A stretch of DNA of 35,441 nucleotides from Chrysochromulina tobinii (taxonomy: Eukaryota). The stretch lies in assembly GCA_001275005.1 (NCBI GenBank), contig JWZX01003367.1:1-35441 (forward strand), written 5' to 3'. The first letter of the stretch is position 1; every line of letters begins with the position of its first letter. The position numbers were made by a program, and so were the translations under genes. Positions 17,797 through 25,277 of this stretch are shown piece by piece. The notes beneath the pieces are model-generated. The model was not told the DNA's origin. It made no database searches and saw only the letters and a program-made list of their open reading frames with translations.

Positions 17797-19599
17797 TTAC
17801 CGGACGTCTGTTGGTTCTTCCCACCTTGGCTCATCACCAAAGTGCCTTCGGATGGCATCCCGTTCGGCGAGCGTGAGCTGCGGGTGCCAGACGTCGATCA
17901 ACAAGAGTACGCGTGTCTCCTCGGTCGCCTCGTTGAAGATCTCGTGTTCGAACGAGTCATCGAGGATGGTGACACGCCCAGCTACCCAAGGGCGAGCCTC
18001 GCCATCGCCAACGCGCATGGTTGCTCTTCCCTCTGCGGGCACTAGCAGTGGCAGGTGAAGCCGCAGGCGATGGTTCGTCGGTCCGCAGTGGGCGACGAGA
18101 TGCGTCTGTGGCGCGAGGACGGACACCTCCGCTGCTGCACGTGGCATGTCCGTCGTCAGCCCGCTCCCCGCCTCGCCTTGCAGCTGGAAGAACCTTCGGA
18201 TAGCAGCTTCGGTCACCGGGAGCACCCCAGACCACGCATTCTCAAGCCGACGACCATCGCGCACGAAGGCTAGCTGCTGCCAAGCACCGCCACTAGTGAG
18301 GGCTTCGGAGTCCACCTGAAAGGGCAACCGGCTACCGCCGATCTCGAGCAAATCTCGCTCGTCCGTTTGCGACCTTTGGTCGCCGGAATCACGGCGGCCA
18401 TTACGGCGACCCGTCGGACCGAGCCGCAGGGCCGCTTGCCACTCGTCCCGCAGGGCCTCCCATGAGCCTTCGAGAGCACTGATCGCCCCGACGAGCTCAT
18501 GCCATCCCTGCCCGAGCAGCTCGGCCTTCGTGTGCCACGGCTTTGCGAGCAGCGGCCGTGAGAAGAGGAAGCCTGGCCGTTGCTGCGCAAGGCGCCACAC
18601 ACCTCCACTCACGGCCGCCTCGTACACTCGTTGCTCGTCCGCGCGCGGTCGGCCCGCCCGGCGGAGCGCGCGGCCCAGGCGGTAGTACACCTCCGCAGCG
18701 GTCTCAAGCCCCAAGTGGCGTACCGCGTTCGCGCCTCCATGCACGCACGCCTCGAGCAGCTGCACAGACACGTCCGGCTGCGAGTCCTCGATCTGAAGGG
18801 CACCAAAGGCGGCTGCGAGGCGCGCGTCGCGATCGCCGCCGGTCGCGGCCCCGGCGATTTTATCAAAATGAAGTCGCCAATCACTGAGGCCTCCTGCGCT
18901 CTCGTGGAGTTGGGCTCCGCCGTCGCTGCTCTCGACGCCCTGAGCTGCTAGCAGAGCGAGAGTCACCCCAAGCAGCGCGTGCAGCTGCCATGACGACTGG
19001 GCCTCGGGAGGCGCGAGCAGCCTTCGCAAGATCACGACGGCGCGCCGCAGCGAATTGGGCTCTTTGACGTTGACGAGTGCCGATGCGGCGTTGCGTTGTG
19101 CGGTCGGGTGCCCCGTGCCCACAGCCTCGTAATGTCTCGCCGCGACCTTCCAGCGGCCAAGCTTGGCAGCCATGTCTCCGGCCTCTGTGTGCGCTTCCGC
19201 GAGTTGCTTGCCGGCTCCACTTCTAGGCATGCGGCTCAACGTGTCCTCGAAGGCAGCGAGAGCCCCTGAATAGTTTCCAAGTTCCTTGAGGCTGAGACCT
19301 AGGTTGTAGTACACAACGGGCAGTGCTTGCTGCGGGAGTCCGCCATCCTGCAGCACGCTGCGGTAGACGGAGGAAGCAAGTGCATGGTCACCCCGTTCCG
19401 CGAGCTCATCAGCGGACCCCAAGCGAGCGAGTGGGTTAGATATGATTGTTGGTGGCTCGTGGCTCGGGGTCGGGCGGCCGAAGACAAAGAATTTACATGC
19501 TACGATGCTCGCGAGAACTGCAACAAGTCCAAGTCCCGTGCCGTTCCAAGCTGAGACGCCCCGGGCTTCCTGGGCAGGCTCCTTTTTACGAAGAGCCAT
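17797..19599 (-). CDS. Membrane-anchored TPR + aspartyl/asparaginyl beta-hydroxylase (AspH family 2OG-Fe(II) oxygenase)
   Basis: N-terminal hydrophobic anchor GLGLVAVLASIVACKFFVF; TPRs (VYYNLGLSLKELGNYSGALAAFE; VYYRLGRALRRAGR); catalytic domain HCGPTNHRLRLHLPL...W..GRVTILDDSFEHEI...RVLLLIDVWHP. Confidence 0.9.
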   Translation of the reverse strand: MALRKKEPAQEARGVSAWNGTGLGLVAVLASIVACKFFVFGRPTPSHEPPTIISNPLARLGSADELAERGDHALASSVYRSVLQDGGLPQQALPVVYYNLGLSLKELGNYSGALAAFEDTLSRMPRSGAGKQLAEAHTEAGDMAAKLGRWKVAARHYEAVGTGHPTAQRNAASALVNVKEPNSLRRAVVILRRLLAPPEAQSSWQLHALLGVTLALLAAQGVESSDGGAQLHESAGGLSDWRLHFDKIAGAATGGDRDARLAAAFGALQIEDSQPDVSVQLLEACVHGGANAVRHLGLETAAEVYYRLGRALRRAGRPRADEQRVYEAAVSGGVWRLAQQRPGFLFSRPLLAKPWHTKAELLGQGWHELVGAISALEGSWEALRDEWQAALRLGPTGRRNGRRDSGDQRSQTDERDLLEIGGSRLPFQVDSEALTSGGAWQQLAFVRDGRRLENAWSGVLPVTEAAIRRFFQLQGEAGSGLTTDMPRAAAEVSVLAPQTHLVAHCGPTNHRLRLHLPLLVPAEGRATMRVGDGEARPWVAGRVTILDDSFEHEIFNEATEETRVLLLIDVWHPQLTLAERDAIRRHFGDEPRWEEPTDVR

Positions 19600-19751
19600 G
19601 TGTGCCGCGCGATCGTTTCAGCCTTTTCTGGGGCGCGTGAGTTCGTTGTGAAAGACTTGTGAAATTTGAGGACGCCTGACAGGTACGGTACCCTCGAGAA
19701 GACGCGATGTTGCGAGACGGAGATCGTCATCACACCACCTGCTTAGAGCCG

Positions 19752-20446
19752 ATGAAGACCTGCTGCGTCTTAATCGTGGCGACGCTTTGCGTGGATGCGG
19801 CAGCAGGAATGAGCTGCACGCGCAGGGCGGCGTTCAGCCGCGCTGCATGTGCAGCTGCGAGCACTTGCGTGCCCAGAGAAGCGTTCGCCGCACAGCGTGG
19901 TGCGGAAGATGCTTATGCGATGCAGGTCTTCGAGGACACTGTGTGCAGCCAGAGGACGATGCTTGGCGCCTGCAAGGAGGTTGCCGGCCCCCGTGCAGTG
20001 GCACCTCCCGCCACGTTCTCCACGTTGCAGGCCACTGGCGAGCCCGAGAGCGAGCTGGTGAAACGCCTGCTGGAGAGATCGGCAGTCAATGCGGAAGCGA
20101 ACGCGAGGCTCGTGAAGGAAAAGACGGTTGCGGCTGGCCTCAGTGGCGTGTACGGACCATTTGCTAAGGCTGTGCCCGTCATGCGTGCCGACGGCAATTT
20201 TGAGGAGATCAGCTTCGCACGTTACGACAAGCTCAAGGACAAGGGCAAGATTGTGAGGACTGCAACGGGCTTGGACGCATGTGAGGAGCCCGATTGTCGA
20301 AGCAGTCGCGCGCTGCAGCGTCGCCGGTCTGAACTCGTCTGACGCGCACCGGTCCGATTCCCGATGCCCGTCACGGCGCAGATGCTCAAGGCTTCGACCC
20401 CGATGCGCCGGAGCCGCCGCCCGAAAAGTTCTTGGGGCTTTTTTAG
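19752..20446 (+). CDS. Putative plastid (thylakoid lumen) protein with signal peptide and twin-arginine presequence; join(19752..20280,20382..20446)
   Basis: Hydrophobic signal MKTCCVLIVATLCVDAAAG, then TRRAAF...AAASTCVPREAFA (RR and AxA cleavage). A 101-nt intron GTGAGG...CGCAG (20281..20381) gives the C-terminus GLDAYAQGFDPDAPEPPPEKFLGLF*. Confidence 0.7.
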
Positions 20447-21150
20447 GCGAACATTGCATATTCCTATACCACGACCCTTGACCGCGCGCAGCGTCCCTCA
20501 CAATCAGAGCCAGGCGCTCGCGCGCTCGCGCATGCAAAGCGTGAGATGAGAGATGAGAGGCTGCACTTGAACCTTGATCCTTGTCATTCGACAAAGTGAA
20601 TCATTGACTCTAACACTTTCGTCATTCGTGTGACCTTTCGCCACTTTAAGCGGTGTTTCGCGCCGCACGTCTGGTGGCACGAGTAGCTCCCCGCCCTGGA
20701 CGCGGGACGCCGACGCAACCGTCCGTACGCCCCGCGTACCGACCGTCCGTGCGACCGTCACAGACACAGTTGTACGCAGGCGGGTTTAGGAAGCGTTTAG
20801 GGGGTCGCGTCGCCCGGCGCCCGTCGGTCTCGCGCGTCCCTGCGCGGTCTGGCGACTGGCCGCGCCTCTTTCAGTCTTTTTTGTGTGTTGTTCCAACTCA
20901 GATTTTGGGTACAGCCAATGTGCAATGAAGGGTTCAGCCAGGGAGGGGGTCCCTCCTTTCTACCCTTCATAGCATAGGCTTCATATTACTGTACGGCGGG
21001 CGTGTAGGGCTCAGCTGCCTCGGTTGGACTCACAGCTCAAACTGACTGAAATCTGAAAACGAGACGACGATGAGAACCCACAAAAAAACCCAGCACGGCG
21101 TGGATTGTTTCATCATCAAGAAACGTCCAAACTTCAAGAATTCTTCGCAC

Positions 21151-21760
21151 ATGGCATCTATCACTGAACGTGCCGCGAGGCGGATGGACGAGCTGCTCAA
21201 GCAGGCCGAAGCTCGTGCGGCCCAGGCTGCCGCAGAGGAGGAATCAGCAGCTGCAGAAGCGTCAACTCCAGAAGCTGCACCGGAACCAGCGCCACCCGCC
21301 GTCACGGACCCTTTGCAGCCATTGCTGCCTCTTTTGCAGCAACTGGCGGCAACGCCATCGAGCGTCCTTAGCGGTGCTGACGCGGCAACGCTCAACGAGC
21401 TCAGCTGGCTTCTCGAGCGCCGCTCCTTCTCTAGCGGCGAGGTGATCACGCGCCGCGGCGATGCGGCATCCTTTCTCGCAGTGCTCTGCAAGGGCTCCGC
21501 TGAGGAGCGGGGAGGTGCGTCACAGTCGGCGGTCATGCTCGGCCTCGGCTCGGCGGTCGGTTCGCGCGAGTTCTTTGATGGTTCCAGGCGGCCGTCGGAC
21601 GTCGTGGCCATCGAGCACGGCGTCGCCGCGATCGTGCGCTACGGTGTGCTCGCCGCAGGGTATCGTCTCGGAAGCGCCAGTGTGCGCTTCTTGATTGGCC
21701 GCCTAGCCATGCACTTGGCCCTGACACAGCTAGCAACGGTGGCAAGCAGCAGCAGCAGTC

Positions 21761-21797
<37 letters not shown>

Positions 21798-24382
21798 AAG
21801 CAGTAGCGGCAGCGCAGATAAGACACAGCAAGCGGTCTTTCGCGTTGTGGCTGAGTTGCGCCAGCGCTCGTGGGAGACGGTCCAGCCGCCCAACGAGCGC
21901 TTCCTGACTTTTGTCCAGCGCGCGCCCCCACCCGCGCCCGAGCCGGCCGCGCCCGAGCCGGCCGAGCCGCCCTCGGATATCTCCAGCCGGGGGCTGCGCG
22001 CGTCAAAGAGAGGATCGGGTAGCTGCCGGCAACTGCAGCTCGCGTCCGCAGAGTTGTCGCAGAGAGCGGAGCCGGGGGCTGAGTGCCTCAACGGATCGGG
22101 CGTGCTGCCCGCCAGTGAGGTGCCACCGCCGCCGGCAGCGGCTCCGGCTCCATACGAGGGCGACCTGCGCATCCAGATCTGCAGCTGGAACATGAACGGA
22201 CGCCAATGCAACGATCAGGACCTGGCAACATGGGTTGCGCTCGACGCCTTGCAGGCGCCCAACACGGCGCCAGAGCCGGCGGTGGGCGCGGCCCCGGAGG
22301 CGGAGACGCCACGTGAGCGCCATGCGCGCGCGCCACCCGATGTGGTGATCATCGGCTGCCAGGAGTTCGTCCCATTAGACGCAAAGCAGTTGCTCAACGC
22401 GCCACAGACCACGGCGGTCAAGACTCAAGGGTTCGAGAGGATCTTGCTCGCCATGCTCCAACACACGCACGGCGTCAAGTACGTAGCGCTGCGCGCGGCG
22501 GACAAGCTAGACCAGGCGCCTCCGCTCATGGGGGGACTTCTGACGCTTGTGCTCGTCTCGGAGGCCCTGCTCGCCTCGGTGAGCCAAGTGCACACCGTGC
22601 TGGTGCCCACAGGGCTCGGAGGCATGATGGGCAACAAGGGTGCGATCGCTCTCCGGCTGAGCATCGGCAGCGCGTCGCTCGTGTTCGTCAATCTGCATCT
22701 GCCCTCTGGCGAAAGTACCCAGTCTCTCGAGCAGCGTAACACCACCTTCCGTGAGGTCCTCAAGCAACTGGAGGCCGACCTTGCCGCCGCCAAGCTGCCG
22801 GCGGCGGACGAGTCGATCACCTTCTGCTTCGGCGACTTCAACTTCCGCCTAACAGTGCCGAATCGCGAGGCGCGGTGGCGCATGGGCAACCGCGACTGGC
22901 GTACCCTGCTGTGCTCCGACCAGCTGGTGACGCAACTCTCCGCGGAGGGCTCTCCATTTGAGCACTTTGACGAAGCCGAGATTGGGTTTCGCCCCACTTA
23001 CAAGTATGATGTGGGCACGAGCGAGTTCGACACGTCAGCCAAGGCACGCGCGCCCGCCGTGGTGTGACCGCGTAGTGTGGTGCACGAGCTGTGCCGATCA
23101 CACGACGCGCGTGCTCATGTACGAGAGCTGCCACAACGTCGTCTCGAGCGATCATAAGCCGATCAAGTTCCTCGCCAACGTGGCGAGGAGCACACACGAG
23201 AAAGCCGGGTTGGCAGGGAGTCGTGTGGACGATGCGAGCATGGGGCGGACGCCGCCCGACGCCGACGTTGTGGGTGCAGGTGGACCTCGTGCAGCCGCTC
23301 TTGAGCAGGGTAGCTCGACAGCGGGAGTACCGCCCTCTCGTGCGACGAAGGAAAAGTGGAAGTGCGACTTCTGTGCCTTTATGGGCAGCTATGACGACGT
23401 GACGCAACACGAGGCCATTTGCTCGGTGACACCCCGCGCACAACTTGCTCAACTTGCGGGTGAAGTGACGTGGGCAGAGCGGAAGGTCTCCGAGGAGAGT
23501 GAGCCCAAACGGCGGGGTGCGTCCCCACCTCCAAAAAATGTCTTTGAGGATTTACCGGGGGCTCGTGGCCATGCCTCCACGGCGAGGGCGGATGAAGCCG
23601 GCAGTCGATCGGCGCACGCAGCGGCGACGCACGAGGATGCTCGGGGCGCTGAGGGAGAGAGCGAATGCAAAGCTGCTGAAGGCGAGCCACCATCCGCCGA
23701 CGGAGCTGACCAGGCGGCCGAGGGAGAGGGCGAGCAGAGCGCTGACGAAGCCCAGCCACCGCCTGACGAAGCCCAGCCACCGCCTGACGAAGCCCAGCCA
23801 CCGCCTGAAAAAGCCCAGCCATCGCCTGACGAAGCCCAGCCACCGCCTGACGAAGCCCAGCCACCGCCCGCCGACGAGCCCAGCGACGAGCCCAGCGACG
23901 ATGGCGGCGCAGTGGTGGGCGGGAAAGCTGCGTGGAACCCGCGCTACATCGGTAATTGGGTGCAGGAGTCGATCGAGGCGGATAAGCTCGACGCGATCCT
24001 CAAGGTCCAGGGCTACAATTATCCGACACGCAAGATTGTGACCTCGGTCAAGCTGAGCATGACCTTCACGAGGGACAGCGACGGCGACCTGTTCCTCGTC
24101 ATGAAAGATCCCACTGGGTCCAATCGCCTAAAGTGTATCGATGGTGCAAAACTTGTCGTCAAGAATATGGGTGCGACACTCATTAACACTGCACAGTGGG
24201 AGGCGGGCAACCTCGTGGTCCATCTCGAGACGCACAAGGGGAAGACGGTGACGACCGCAAAGATCACGCAGCGCTACGATCCGGACACCGACAAAATCTA
24301 CTCTGAGAACGATTCGATCGAAGGCTTTTATGTGCGGACCTTCAAACGCTCCAAAAAGGGGCCTCAGGCGGGAGATGAGTGA
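21151..24382 (+). CDS. Inositol polyphosphate 5-phosphatase with N-terminal cNMP-binding-like and C-terminal FABP-like domains; one-base frameshift at ~23057-23059 (~1076 aa when corrected)
   Basis: 5-phosphatase motifs SWNMNG, IGCQE, MGNKGAIA, FVNLHL, FGDFNFR, F.PTYKY, RAPA/WCDRV (split across the two ORFs) and SDHKPI. cNMP-like RRSFSSGEVITRRGD...G.REFF..SRRPSDVVA. An alternative ATG lies at 21070. Confidence 0.88.
21745..21813 (+). repeat. (AGC)n coding microsatellite, poly-Ser tract
   Basis: agcagcagcagcagtcgcagcagcagc... encoding SSSSSRSSSSSSSSSSSRSSSGS. Confidence 0.9.
23742..23867 (+). repeat. 21-bp coding tandem repeat x6 (DEAQPPP)
   Basis: Unit CTGACGAAGCCCAGCCACCGC, nearly perfect; followed by two 12-bp GACGAGCCCAGC units. 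Confidence 0.95.
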
Positions 24383-25168
24383 AACACGACCTGCCGTACA
24401 TCTCATGTCATCCCCCCGGAAGTTCCAGTCCTCCAGTCCTGCTGCTCACCACAGTCCTGATGTATGAAGATGGACAATTGTGGCTTGAGACTGGAGATGG
24501 GCTGCAGTAGGATTCTTCCGGTCTCCAGACGCTTCGCTGACGGTGCGGCCGTGAGGACGCGGGAGACGAGAGGTGAATACGAGAAGTCGTACCACTACGA
24601 CGACTGGACTACGCCTGACCGGTACGGGTCGCTGTAGTCCGTTTTTGCGTTTGATTACTTAGACGGTAAGTATCCGCGTCCGCCCGGGTCGGTCTCTCGT
24701 CTCGAGTGAGTGTGCGGTTCGCGCGACGCGCCGCCGCGCGCGTCACGCACTCAAATAGACTGATTCAGTTTGACGTGAGTTTTTCAGAGCCTACAGCCTA
24801 GAGCCTTGGACCGTTGGACGTGTGAGACGAGACACGCGCGCGGACCGGGCATCTTGCGGCTTTGGTCGGAGTCTGGGGTTCAACAGTACCTTAGAACCAG
24901 ACCTTTCTACGATCATGCATCACTCTCCGGAAGAGCCCCTGTGGGTATGGGGTCTTCCACTCCCAATCTTGCTTCAGATACGTGAGCAGCTCGAGTACAA
25001 TTTCAGCGCCCTCGTGCAGCGCTGCCAGTGGTTGGGCAAAGAGCTCATCAAGGACCACCACCTTTTCGACTCGTGCTATGCCTTGCATGTTGGCTCTTCG
25101 CGGTAGATGACGCCCTTCGCAAAGAGCATAGACAACGCTCCTCTTCGGACCACCACCTCTTCGACTCC

Positions 25169-25277
25169 TTCCGGAGATGATTCGGAGATCACTCCGGAGA
25201 TGATCCGGAGATGATCCGGAGATGATTCGGAGATGATTCCGGAGATGATTCCGGAGATGATTCGGAGATCATTCCGG
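25169..25277. repeat. 11-12 bp minisatellite (CCGGAGATGAT[T]) x ~9, overlapping the apparent stop codon of the giant minus-strand gene
   Basis: ttccggagatgattcggagatcactccggagatgatccggagatgatccggagatgattcggagatgattccggagatgattccggagatgattcggagatcattccgg. Confidence 0.92.

Noticed and set aside
20785..20804. TTTAGG / TTTAGGG telomere-like hexamers within a GC-rich imperfect inverted repeat (~20702-20843)
   Set aside because: Only two non-tandem copies, and the flanking stems are short and GC-rich, so compatible with chance.
23065..23067. TGA in the 5-phosphatase as selenocysteine, with the downstream hairpin as a SECIS
   Set aside because: The conserved WCDR motif continues in a different frame, so read-through would not restore it. 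I could not fit the AUGA-n11/12-AA...GA SECIS geometry to 24416-24521.
25169..25277. Short repeated units as a possible CRISPR array (also 13744..13797 and 23742..23867)
   Set aside because: Units are contiguous with no unique spacers, there are no cas genes, and the context is eukaryotic.
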